Positions 1-8,157 of a DNA stretch of 37,234 bases are shown piece by piece. The notes beneath the pieces were generated by a model. It had not been told where the DNA came from, searched no databases, and worked only from the letters and a program-made list of their open reading frames with translations. This DNA comes from a virus (Duplodnaviria; Caudoviricetes), in the IMG/VR virus record IMGVR_UViG_3300038974_000876, positions 1 to 37,234 of that record, one strand, 5' to 3'. Each line of letters begins with the position of its first letter. Position 1 is the stretch's first letter. The translations under genes were made by a program, and so were the position numbers.

Positions 1-483
1 TTAATTATTGATAAATGACAACCTCGCATCGGAAATATATACATCATTACTTTTAACTCTTTCCCTTCCACAAAGTTCTGGTTTTTTGCCTATTGTTATA
101 CCGGGATTTTTCGGCCCACCTAAATAATAATGAAGGGTATGTCCCCATGCTCGTAATTCACCAGGCGTCACGGACGTGTCATCTTTAATTTTTACCTGTA
201 TATAATATTCTTTATCCCATCCAAAATCACGACAGCGATAATCAAGGCACCCATATTGACTATTGCGGTCGAAGCCCTTCTCTATTTTTATCCATTCGAT
301 ATCGGCCGTATATTCGCTCATCAAAGGTTTGCAAACATCACAGAAGATGGCATATGCTTTTTTTGCGGTTTCAAGTTGCGTTTGATTTAAAGAATTATCA
401 TAGATGGGATCAATTACTTTTGGCTCTTTTGTGCATGCGGAGAGAATCAATATAATAAAAAATAAAATTACAATTTTTTTCAT
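1..483 (-). CDS. Putative lipoprotein (accessory)
   Basis: MKKIVILFFIILILSAC: basic N-terminus, hydrophobic core, LSAC lipobox; AT-rich; AAGG SD upstream. Confidence 0.8.
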   Translation of the reverse strand: MKKIVILFFIILILSACTKEPKVIDPIYDNSLNQTQLETAKKAYAIFCDVCKPLMSEYTADIEWIKIEKGFDRNSQYGCLDYRCRDFGWDKEYYIQVKIKDDTSVTPGELRAWGHTLHYYLGGPKNPGITIGKKPELCGRERVKSNDVYISDARLSFINN

Positions 484-495
484 ATACTAGCCTTA

Positions 496-927
496 TTAAA
501 CAATCTCTATTTGTGATAATTGTCCACAGCTACTACAAATTAATCGTTGTTGTTTCCCTGAAATTAATTCACCACATTCTAATATATATTTATCTGGATG
601 AGAACATCCTGGACATGAAAAATTAATACTGTCGTTATGTTTAAATTTTAATATCCAATTAAGAAAACCGCCCATTAATATCCCTCCGATTAAAATAGTA
701 CCAGCGCCAACCCAAAAACCAGCGATTATGATAGTAAAAAAACCTACGAGAATAACTAATCCAACGCCTATACAGAGAAGTATTTTTTCAAACAAAGGAG
801 ATCGTTCTTTGAGAACGGAAGATTCTGGTACTTTTATAAAGTAGTTATATGATACATCACTGCGGCATTGTGGGCAAATACTAGCGTTATCATCAACCTC
901 TGTACGACAAGAAACACAAGTCTTCAT
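496..927 (-). CDS. Zinc-ribbon membrane protein (accessory)
   Basis: CxxC...CxxC at the N-terminus, two hydrophobic helices, C-terminal CPGC...CSSC; GGAGG SD; AT-rich. Confidence 0.75.
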   Translation of the reverse strand: MKTCVSCRTEVDDNASICPQCRSDVSYNYFIKVPESSVLKERSPLFEKILLCIGVGLVILVGFFTIIIAGFWVGAGTILIGGILMGGFLNWILKFKHNDSINFSCPGCSHPDKYILECGELISGKQQRLICSSCGQLSQIEIV

Positions 928-954
928 TTAAGCCTCCTTATAAAGAGAGATTAA

Positions 955-1569
955 TCACATTTCCTTGTCTTCGGTACCAGTAGGGGCGGCGTGATCCATA
1001 GTGAGTTTTATGGGAGCGGAGCCGCCACTGTGTTCCCGAAGTTCTTTTAGTTCCTTTTTCATCTTTTTAAACTCCTCTTCCATCCCATCCATTCGCGTCC
1101 GCATTTCCGAGACAGTCTTATTTGCTTTTTCCAGATCAGCTTTGCAAGTGTTATGTTCCAGTTCATTTTTAACAGCGCGCTCAAACCCAACGAGATTATG
1201 GTATAGGGCTACTGCGTACGGAGTCTCTGATTCCAGGACATATGAGCACATCTTAATGGCATTCGTGATTTTAAAATCACGAGCAGGTTCTTGCCCTTTA
1301 TAATCCAAAGAATCTGCCTCTTTGATTGTAGAATTTTTTTCGCCATTCCCTTCCTTATATATAACAGATTTCGATCCTGTCAATAATTTATCAATGGGAA
1401 TATTTTCTTTCCTACAAAATGCAGTAATTTTTTTAATAGGGATACTATTCCTGGTTTTATTAGTGCTTAAAGTATTTTGTTTAATTACAAGTAGTTCGGC
1501 CACCTCATAATCATATTTAAGCCCCTTTAATTCTTTAATTTTTTCAACTATTTCAGAAAAAGTCTGCAT
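955..1569 (-). CDS. Phage repressor (CI-type HTH N-terminus, coiled-coil C-terminus, no S24 peptidase seen)
   Basis: IKELKGLKYDYEVAELLVIKQNTLSTNKTRNSIP resembles a CI HTH; divergent from the Ner-like gene. Confidence 0.8.
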   Translation of the reverse strand: MQTFSEIVEKIKELKGLKYDYEVAELLVIKQNTLSTNKTRNSIPIKKITAFCRKENIPIDKLLTGSKSVIYKEGNGEKNSTIKEADSLDYKGQEPARDFKITNAIKMCSYVLESETPYAVALYHNLVGFERAVKNELEHNTCKADLEKANKTVSEMRTRMDGMEEEFKKMKKELKELREHSGGSAPIKLTMDHAAPTGTEDKEM

Positions 1570-1615
1570 ATTGTGATATTTTTCCTTGACAATACTGCAT
1601 TTTGTGATTTATAAG
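1564..1615 (+). promoter_or_regulatory. Immunity switch: early promoter (TTGACA 1586-1591, TATAAG 1610-1615) with two direct-repeat operator candidates
   Basis: Perfect -35; CTGCATWTTGTGAT at 1564-1577 and 1595-1608; lies between divergent regulators. Confidence 0.65.
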
Positions 1616-1622
1616 TTCAATC

Positions 1623-1883
1623 ATGAACGTAAAACAATTTACAAACGACGATCAAAAAAATTACCGCTACCTAAAATCATTGCTTGCCCTCAAGGGTGAT
1701 GAGATCGAACTCCAAGCCATCGCACGAGACGCCAAAGCGTCACCGGCTCTCGTATCGCAGGTTTTACGCGGTAATCGCAAGGGCTTCGCCCGCAACGGGA
1801 AAAAAATAGCAAAAATTAAAAAGCTATTGGCTGAAAAACTCGGCAAGCCGGAGGAAGAATTATTTCCCCGGAAGGCCGCGTGA
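1623..1883 (+). CDS. Ner/Cro-like HTH regulator
   Basis: LQAIARDAKASPALVSQVLRGNR HTH; C-terminal LGKPEEELFP; first gene of the early operon. Confidence 0.75.
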   Translation: MNVKQFTNDDQKNYRYLKSLLALKGDEIELQAIARDAKASPALVSQVLRGNRKGFARNGKKIAKIKKLLAEKLGKPEEELFPRKAA

Positions 1884-1915
1884 GTACATCTTATTAAATA
1901 ATAGCGAGGAATGCA

Positions 1916-2401
1916 ATGTCAAAAAAACGAACACGAATTGACGAAAGACAAGCAAGCTTTTTTTCCTTCCTGGAGCCGGAAGCGACTCCACAGCCAGGCA
2001 GCATGGATATAAGCCTGCGGCTGCGCCACGCCGTTTCCAACGCGATTAAAAAATCAGAAAAAGACCGGATCGACATCTGTGCCGAAATCTACAAACTCTC
2101 CGGAAAAGAAGTGCCGAAAAGCACGCTGGACGGCTGGAGCGCTGAGTCGCGTGATCTGTCAAACGACGGCCTCGATTTTAACGGGAATAAACGATGGGGC
2201 ATATCCGCCGACGTGCTGGCGGCGTTTTGCTGCGTCACTGGAGACTGGGAAGCACTTTTTCTCATCGTTGAGGCCTGCAATTACAAGGCGCTCAAGGGCA
2301 AGGATGTCGTCCGCGCCCGGATCGGGCTGCTCAAAGAAGAAATCACAAAAAAAAATCAGGAACTCAAGGGGCTGGAGAAGGCCCTGGTTGAATCGGAATA
2401 A
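1916..2401 (+). CDS. Phage regulatory protein (CII-like/HTH, uncertain)
   Basis: GAGG SD; follows the ner-like gene; IYKLSGKEVPKSTLDGWSAES resembles prophage regulators. Confidence 0.55.
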   Translation: MSKKRTRIDERQASFFSFLEPEATPQPGSMDISLRLRHAVSNAIKKSEKDRIDICAEIYKLSGKEVPKSTLDGWSAESRDLSNDGLDFNGNKRWGISADVLAAFCCVTGDWEALFLIVEACNYKALKGKDVVRARIGLLKEEITKKNQELKGLEKALVESE

Positions 2402-2420
2402 ACTTCAGAGGAGGGGATTT

Positions 2421-2714
2421 ATGGCGGCAAAGTCATGCAGGAAAATTGAAGTGCTGATCGCGGCGGACGCGATTTTGAACGTGATCGGCGGGAGTACCGA
2501 ACCGGTCGGGATTTCCGAGATAGCGAAAGCGACGAATCTGACCAACGACAGCGTCTTTCGGCAGCTCGGAACGATGGATGATTTGGGCTGGGTGCGGAAG
2601 ATAGGCGACGGTTATGCGCCGGGAATGAGGCTCGCAGTGATCTGGGCGCGTGTAAAGGCCAATACCGAAGGGCAGATCAATAAACTCAACAAAGATCTTG
2701 AACAACTTGGATAG
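2421..2714 (+). CDS. IclR-type winged HTH protein
   Basis: Start moved to ATG 2421 after GAGGAGG; VGISEIAKATNLTNDSVFRQLGTMDDLGWVRK. Confidence 0.75.
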   Translation: MAAKSCRKIEVLIAADAILNVIGGSTEPVGISEIAKATNLTNDSVFRQLGTMDDLGWVRKIGDGYAPGMRLAVIWARVKANTEGQINKLNKDLEQLG

Positions 2715-2723
2715 GAGGAGAGG

Positions 2724-3035
2724 ATGAAAAAGCCAGAAGATATTTACATGCGTCTTAGAAAATATTCTTATGAAAAATTACAAGAAGAAATTGCCCTTTT
2801 ATTGGCGGATAATTTTGGGAAGAAAGCACGTCAAGTATATTATGTAACATTAGGCGCTAATCCCAAAGCTCTACGTCAATATTTATCGGAAGAAACTCAT
2901 CATTTTTCACCTGAACAAAAAATGATTTTGCAATCAATTAATGCAGCAGAAGGCTTGTATGTACGGGCTAAAACAAAACTAATCGATGCGATCATTATCG
3001 ATAAAACAAAAGAGGAGAAAAAAAATGACAAATAA
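2724..3035 (+). CDS. Hypothetical protein (AT-rich)
   Basis: AGGAGAGG SD; overlaps the next gene start; no motif recognised. Confidence 0.6.
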   Translation: MKKPEDIYMRLRKYSYEKLQEEIALLLADNFGKKARQVYYVTLGANPKALRQYLSEETHHFSPEQKMILQSINAAEGLYVRAKTKLIDAIIIDKTKEEKKNDK

Positions 3036-4014
3036 ATCTAATACGGATGTGCAGGCATCGAAGGAAATGTATGCCATCGCCCGCAAAGAGGCTGATTTTG
3101 AAATCGAAAAATTAAAAGCGGATATACAGGCCAGCCGTGATGAAGGATTTTCCATCGGCGCGATTAAAGCCAATAAAGCACACCGCGACTACTGTAATTT
3201 TTTAGATGCTCTTGTTCTTTATAAAATGAAGAAAAGCAAAGATTATAGAAAAGCTGGTTTAACATGGGAAAAATTTTGCGAGGAAGCCGGATATGATCGA
3301 AGAACAGCAGAGAATATTGTTGCCGATGTCACCCCTATATTTGAGTCGTTTTCGGTAAATTTACCGGTTTTAACTGGTATCACTCTTAACGATATCAGGT
3401 GGTTAGGTAAAAATAAACCGGTAAATTTTACCGGTTTTACGGAAGACGGAAAAGAGTTGATAATCGGCGAAGAAAGAATTCCTGCCACACCAGAAGACAT
3501 CACAGCATACATCAAATCTATAAAAGAAGCATACGAAAAAGAAAAAAAAGATCACAAGGACGATTTAGACGCTAAAGATCGTGATCTCGGCGACAAACAA
3601 AAAATGATCAATAGCTACTCGAAAGAAATCGCCCAACTTAAACGCACCATGCCAAAATCAGAACTCACCGAGGAAGAGCAGGAGGGCGTGGACATGCTCA
3701 TCCAGTTGCAAAAAGGTTTCCTCACCGCCATTTCCGACATCAAGAAAAAAATTCAGCCCAACAAAGCGCCGAACGTTGTCCTGCGCCAGTTGTACTTCCT
3801 TTACATTTTCATAAGCAAAGTCGCGATGGAAGAGCGCATGGATCTGAACGAGGCGTACAAAGACGCGGACGAAGTCCCCTGGGAGATCAGCGAAATGGAG
3901 CTACCGCCCACGGACGTGATGATCGACAACCTGCCCATGACGGCGGGCAAGGGCATGGGCAAGAAGGTCGTGGCGAAGTTGGAAGAGCGGAAGGCTAAGA
4001 AAAGTAAAAAGTGA
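3025..4014 (+). CDS. DUF3102-like early protein upstream of the transposase
   Basis: Start ATG 3025 after GAGGAG; GLTWEKFCEEAGYDRRTAENIV segment and coiled coil; usual position in B3-type transposable phages. Confidence 0.55.
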   Translation: MTNKSNTDVQASKEMYAIARKEADFEIEKLKADIQASRDEGFSIGAIKANKAHRDYCNFLDALVLYKMKKSKDYRKAGLTWEKFCEEAGYDRRTAENIVADVTPIFESFSVNLPVLTGITLNDIRWLGKNKPVNFTGFTEDGKELIIGEERIPATPEDITAYIKSIKEAYEKEKKDHKDDLDAKDRDLGDKQKMINSYSKEIAQLKRTMPKSELTEEEQEGVDMLIQLQKGFLTAISDIKKKIQPNKAPNVVLRQLYFLYIFISKVAMEERMDLNEAYKDADEVPWEISEMELPPTDVMIDNLPMTAGKGMGKKVVAKLEERKAKKSKK

Positions 4015-4031
4015 ATGGTGAATGGTGAATA
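4011..4031 (+). repeat. Heptamer tandem tract (GTGAATR)x3
   Basis: gtgaatg gtgaatg gtgaata; contains the upstream gene's TGA stop. Confidence 0.9.
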
Positions 4032-4058
4032 GTCATTCCCGCGCAGGCGGGAATCCAG
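4032..4058 (+). repeat. REP-like hairpin, family B (GTCATTCCCGCGCAGGCGGGAATCCAG)
   Basis: ATTCCCGC/GCGGGAAT inverted repeat; related copies at 4327, 6215, 7517, 9209. Confidence 0.9.
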
Positions 4059-4068
4059 GAGGGAAACA

Positions 4069-4323
4069 ATGAATTTTAGTCAAGCGCTGGAAGCAATAAA
4101 AAAGAATGAGCAGGTAGCAAGAAAAGGATGGAACGGCAAGAGCATGTTCATATTCTTAATCGATCCATACCTAACAGATCAATTCAGAGTAATTGAATCC
4201 CCGACTATGGTCGGAACGTTATTGCCGTACATTGCCATGAAAACTGCGGACAATAAACTTGTACCGTGGCTGGCATCACAGACGGATATCCTTGCCGAGG
4301 ATTGGGTAGTTGTAAACGAATAA
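4069..4323 (+). CDS. DUF2829 / Tad2-like anti-defence sponge protein, copy 1
   Basis: MNFSQALEAIK...VARKGWNGK...YIAMKTADNKLVPWLASQTDILAEDW family signature. Confidence 0.85.
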   Translation: MNFSQALEAIKKNEQVARKGWNGKSMFIFLIDPYLTDQFRVIESPTMVGTLLPYIAMKTADNKLVPWLASQTDILAEDWVVVNE

Positions 4324-4326
4324 ATA

Positions 4327-4355
4327 CTGGATTCCGGCTCGCGGGCCGGAATGAC
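4327..4355 (-). repeat. REP-like hairpin, family B, inverted
   Basis: Reverse complement reads GTCATTCCGGCCCGCGAGCCGGAATCCAG. Confidence 0.9.
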
Positions 4356-4366
4356 GGAGTAGAAAT

Positions 4367-6175
4367 ATGGCAGTATCGGAAACAATATTAAACCACGTAG
4401 AATCATCGCTTCGCGGACTTGCGCCCAAAGAAGCCGCGCAGAAGACACGGGAACTCGCGGCGCATTACGGCGTCACACCGGCCAGCATCAATCGTTACGC
4501 GGCGGCGCGGGGGATTCGATTTCGGAAGGAGCGTAAAAACAAAGGTGAGTCGGGCGCATCGCGTGAGATTCTTCTCAACGCCTCTACGCTTATGCTTACA
4601 TCCAGACGCAAATCCAACGAAATACCCCTGCCCGCCGTGGACGCAAAGATGATCCTTGATGATTCCGGGATCGAGACCGGCAATGTTTCCGCCAACCGTT
4701 TTATCGCGCGCCTGCGGGAAGAGAACCTCTCCGCAAAGGACATGCTCCGGCCCGCGCCGCACCAGCGGCTGCTTTCCCGGCACCCGAACCACGTCTGGCA
4801 ATTCGACGTGACCAACTGCCTCCAGTATTTTCTTGATCCGAAAAAAGGCATGGGCGAACGCGATACCGAAATGACCATGTACAAAAACAAAATCGTCGCC
4901 ACAGCCAAAACCATCAAAAAAGAACTGCTCCGCTACGCCGTGGTTGATCACTGCTCCGGAGCTTTTTATTTTCATTATTTCTACGCCACCGGCGAACGCG
5001 CAATTGACGGCTCGGAATTTCTTTTCCGCGCCATGCGTCCGAAGGACGAACTCATTAAAAAATTATGGAACGGCGATTCCGCGCCGAAGCTCGGCAAATT
5101 CAGGATGCACGGCGTCCCGTTGATGCTCGTGGTGGATCGTGGCTCCATCGCCACGGCAAAGGCCAACCAGGCGCTGTTTGACGCGCTGCGCATCAAACTG
5201 GAACCGCACATGCCCGGCAACCCGCGCGCGAAGGGGATGATCGAAGGCCTGATGCATTACATTAATCGATTTGAAGCGCGCCTGAAATTCCAGCGTCCGG
5301 CAGACCTTAACGAACTCAACCGCTGGGCGCTCGACTGGTGCATCTATATCAATGCCGCAGTCAAAATGCGCGACGTCGCGCCACGGTCGGTCTTATGGAG
5401 CTATATCACCGCCGAGCAACTGCGGCTGTGCCCTGAAGAAGACCTTTACCGGCTGCTGATCCGCGAGCCGTCATTCACGCGCGTGGCTGACGGATCGTGT
5501 CTCATCAGCGTGGACAATCGTTCCTATCAGGTTAAAGATTCCCAGGCCGCCTGGCAGAAAGTCCACGTCGTGCGGCATCCCTATGAATACCCGAACATCG
5601 AAGTGCATTTTAACGGCAACGTCTGGCTGTGTGAGCCGATCCCGGAAGACCAGTACGGACGCCTCACCAACGGCACAATCTACGGCGAATACAAGACGCC
5701 GAAATATACCGAGACGCAGCGGGCGAAAACCGAAATGGAGCACAAAGCCGAAGAGCTGGGCATCACCTGGAAGGGAACCGGCGACAAGCGCATGGGCGTG
5801 GCGCCGCCGGTCGGCTTTGAATCGCCCCTGCAAATTTTCGGGCACCAGGCCGATAAGGTCGGCAACATCGAATTCATGGAAAAGCGCGGCACGCCGCTGG
5901 AAATCAAGCACGCGGAAGAACCAATCAATGAGGTCATTACGTCGGACGCTGCCGAAGTTCCGCGCACAGTGGCCGCGCGGATGATTTCCTTTACCGAATT
6001 TTTAAAGAAACTGCGCGCCGAAATCGGCACCATCACACCGGCGCTCAACGCCGAACTGCGCGCTCAGTACGAGAATGGCATTGAAATAAATAAAGCAGAG
6101 GAGGTGATCAGGGCAATAGAAAGCGGGTCATGGCATCCGGCATACGCCGGAGTTCCGGTCGAAGCGACCGGATGA
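4367..6175 (+). CDS. DDE transposase (MuA-equivalent, B3-type)
   Basis: SRHPNHVWQFD, AVVDHCSG, GVPLMLVVDRGS, PGNPRAKGMIE: integrase-core D-D-E motifs; N-terminal HTH. Confidence 0.95.
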   Translation: MAVSETILNHVESSLRGLAPKEAAQKTRELAAHYGVTPASINRYAAARGIRFRKERKNKGESGASREILLNASTLMLTSRRKSNEIPLPAVDAKMILDDSGIETGNVSANRFIARLREENLSAKDMLRPAPHQRLLSRHPNHVWQFDVTNCLQYFLDPKKGMGERDTEMTMYKNKIVATAKTIKKELLRYAVVDHCSGAFYFHYFYATGERAIDGSEFLFRAMRPKDELIKKLWNGDSAPKLGKFRMHGVPLMLVVDRGSIATAKANQALFDALRIKLEPHMPGNPRAKGMIEGLMHYINRFEARLKFQRPADLNELNRWALDWCIYINAAVKMRDVAPRSVLWSYITAEQLRLCPEEDLYRLLIREPSFTRVADGSCLISVDNRSYQVKDSQAAWQKVHVVRHPYEYPNIEVHFNGNVWLCEPIPEDQYGRLTNGTIYGEYKTPKYTETQRAKTEMEHKAEELGITWKGTGDKRMGVAPPVGFESPLQIFGHQADKVGNIEFMEKRGTPLEIKHAEEPINEVITSDAAEVPRTVAARMISFTEFLKKLRAEIGTITPALNAELRAQYENGIEINKAEEVIRAIESGSWHPAYAGVPVEATG

Positions 6176-6179
6176 CCCG

Positions 6180-6242
6180 GTGAAGAGTGAATGGTGAATA
6201 GTGAATAGAAAAAACTGGATTCCCGATCAGGTCGGGAATGAC
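6180..6242. repeat. Heptamer tract (6180-6207) plus inverted family B hairpin (6215-6242)
   Basis: gtgaaga gtgaatg gtgaata gtgaata; ctggattcccgatcaggtcgggaatgac. Confidence 0.9.
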
Positions 6243-6267
6243 AGCAAAAGGGGGAGAAAACAACGTC

Positions 6268-7512
6268 ATGGCGAGACCAAAAGTAAATGAGCAGACACCA
6301 TACGAGATGGCATTCAAGCCGATCAATTTAAAGGGCTTGTGCGTCGATTGCGGCATCAGCCAGGCGTGGCTGGGCAAGCTCACGCAGTTAAGCCGGACAT
6401 CAATTAATCTGGCGCTTAATCGCGGATACCTGCCCAAAGAGGTGCCCGATTTTCAGCGCATCATCGAAATGGAATTATCAAAAAATTCAAAGGCAGTGCG
6501 GTGGCTGGCCGAGCGCGAACTGACGATGGCAGACATCTGGAAGCCGCTGGGCAAAGACCTGCGCAAAACGCCGCCCGCAGGCCGCAGCGTCAGAACATGG
6601 GAGACAAGGAGAAAACCCGTTTTTAATACGGGCAACGAAATTATAAAACTCAAGGAGGTCGAGATGATCAGTCAGGAAGCAATGAAGCATTTTAAAATTT
6701 TCAGGAACCCTTTTATTGACGACATACAAAAGGATTCCGACATCTTCATGAGCGAGGAGCACCGCTACATCGAAGCGGCAATGCTGGACGCCGCAAGACA
6801 CAGCGGATTTTTAGCCGTCATCGGCGAAGTCGGCAGCGGTAAGACCGTTATCCGCCGCAAAGTCATGGAGCAGTTAAATAAGGATGGCGACACCATCGTT
6901 ATTTTCCCGCAGGTGATCGACAAAACCCGCGTCAATTTTTCTTCCATCTGCGACGCCATCATCATGGATCTGAGCGAGCAGTCGCCCAAACGGACGCTGG
7001 AGGCCAAGTCCCGGCAGGTGCACAAACTCCTGCAGGAACGCGCAAAACAAGGCTTCCGCAGCGTTTTAATACTGGAGGAGGCGCATGATCTCAGTATCGC
7101 CACGCTGAAATATTTAAAGCGGTTCCAGGAAATTGAAGACGGATACCGCAAACTACTCGGCATCATCCTGCTGGGCCAGACAGAGTTGAATAACCTGCTC
7201 GACGAATCACGCCATATCGAAATGCGCGAAGTGATCCGCCGCATCCAGACCTGCGAAATCCGCGGCCTCAACGGCAATACCAAAGATTATTTGCGGCTCA
7301 AATTCAAACGGCTCAACATCAAAATAGAAGACCTGTTTGACGACGGCGCGTTTAAGGCGCTCAGCGACCGCCTGACCACGCGCGACCGGCGCAACAAGGC
7401 CATCAGCCACGCTTACCCGCTGGTCGTCAATAACTACGCGGCCCGCGCCATGAACCTCGCCTTTGAGATGGGCGAAAAGAAAGTGACGGCGGACGTCGTC
7501 ATGGCGGTCTAA
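6268..7512 (+). CDS. Transposition AAA+ ATPase (MuB-equivalent, ExeA-like) with N-terminal HTH
   Basis: Walker A GEVGSGKT, Walker B VLILEEAH, IILLGQTEL; start ATG 6268 after GGGGAG. Confidence 0.92.
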   Translation: MARPKVNEQTPYEMAFKPINLKGLCVDCGISQAWLGKLTQLSRTSINLALNRGYLPKEVPDFQRIIEMELSKNSKAVRWLAERELTMADIWKPLGKDLRKTPPAGRSVRTWETRRKPVFNTGNEIIKLKEVEMISQEAMKHFKIFRNPFIDDIQKDSDIFMSEEHRYIEAAMLDAARHSGFLAVIGEVGSGKTVIRRKVMEQLNKDGDTIVIFPQVIDKTRVNFSSICDAIIMDLSEQSPKRTLEAKSRQVHKLLQERAKQGFRSVLILEEAHDLSIATLKYLKRFQEIEDGYRKLLGIILLGQTELNNLLDESRHIEMREVIRRIQTCEIRGLNGNTKDYLRLKFKRLNIKIEDLFDDGAFKALSDRLTTRDRRNKAISHAYPLVVNNYAARAMNLAFEMGEKKVTADVVMAV

Positions 7513-7516
7513 TAAT

Positions 7517-7548
7517 GTCATTCCCGCGTGAACTTGGCGGGAATCCAG
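7517..7548 (+). repeat. REP-like hairpin, family B
   Basis: gtcattcccgcgtgaacttggcgggaatccag, running into GGAGG SD. Confidence 0.9.
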
Positions 7549-7560
7549 GAGGAAAACACA

Positions 7561-7701
7561 ATGCAAAAAATAATAACATACATTAGCCGGGACGATTTTG
7601 AAGACAGAATTGATCGGATAGCAAAGCCGATCTGCTGGGTAATTTTGATACTGGCGGCGATCTACTTCGCGCCGCCGGTCATCAAAGCGTTTTGGGGATA
7701 A
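7561..7701 (+). CDS. 46-aa single-TM membrane protein (below ORF-track cutoff)
   Basis: AGGAGG SD; MQKIITYISRDDFEDRIDRIAKPICWVILILAAIYFAPPVIKAFWG. Confidence 0.7.
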   Translation: MQKIITYISRDDFEDRIDRIAKPICWVILILAAIYFAPPVIKAFWG

Positions 7702-7716
7702 TCCTTGAGAGGTGTC

Positions 7717-8157
7717 ATGCGAGACTACACACAAGGAGATCTATTTATGGACAAAATCAATCAGCCCGTGGCTGCCATGCTGCGGGACATCGACACCAGC
7801 GAAAACAGAAACAAGGTCATGGCCGCGCTCAATCAGCATATCGGAAAGGCCAACGCCATCGGCATGCCCGCACTGTATGAGATCGTGTTTGGCATTCCCT
7901 GGGATGATCACATCAACTCGACCAGAATCCTGCGCAAGCTCATCACCGCCATGCGCGATGACGGCTATGCCATCTGCTCGACCACCTCGCGGGACGGCGG
8001 CGGATATTACCAGCCGGCGGCAGGCAGCGAGATGATTGACTACCTGCGCATCATGGAACGCCGCGCCCTGTGCATCCTCAAGCGAAATTCGCAAATGAAA
8101 AAAATCAGCCTGCCCGAATACCTCGGCCAACTCAGGCTGGAAATGGAGACAAGATGA
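7717..8157 (+). CDS. Winged-HTH phage protein
   Basis: HIGKANAIGMPALYE...TRILRKLITAMRDDGYAICS...GGYY; GAGG SD before ATG 7717. Confidence 0.65.
   Translation: MRDYTQGDLFMDKINQPVAAMLRDIDTSENRNKVMAALNQHIGKANAIGMPALYEIVFGIPWDDHINSTRILRKLITAMRDDGYAICSTTSRDGGGYYQPAAGSEMIDYLRIMERRALCILKRNSQMKKISLPEYLGQLRLEMETR

Noticed and set aside
2079-2420. Long 5' extension of the 2079..2714 ORF
   Set aside because: Overlaps the 1916..2401 gene out of frame; a strong SD supports ATG 2421. Similar over-extensions were trimmed for ORFs at 2986, 6238, 8070, 21727, 27063, 31189 and 36365.
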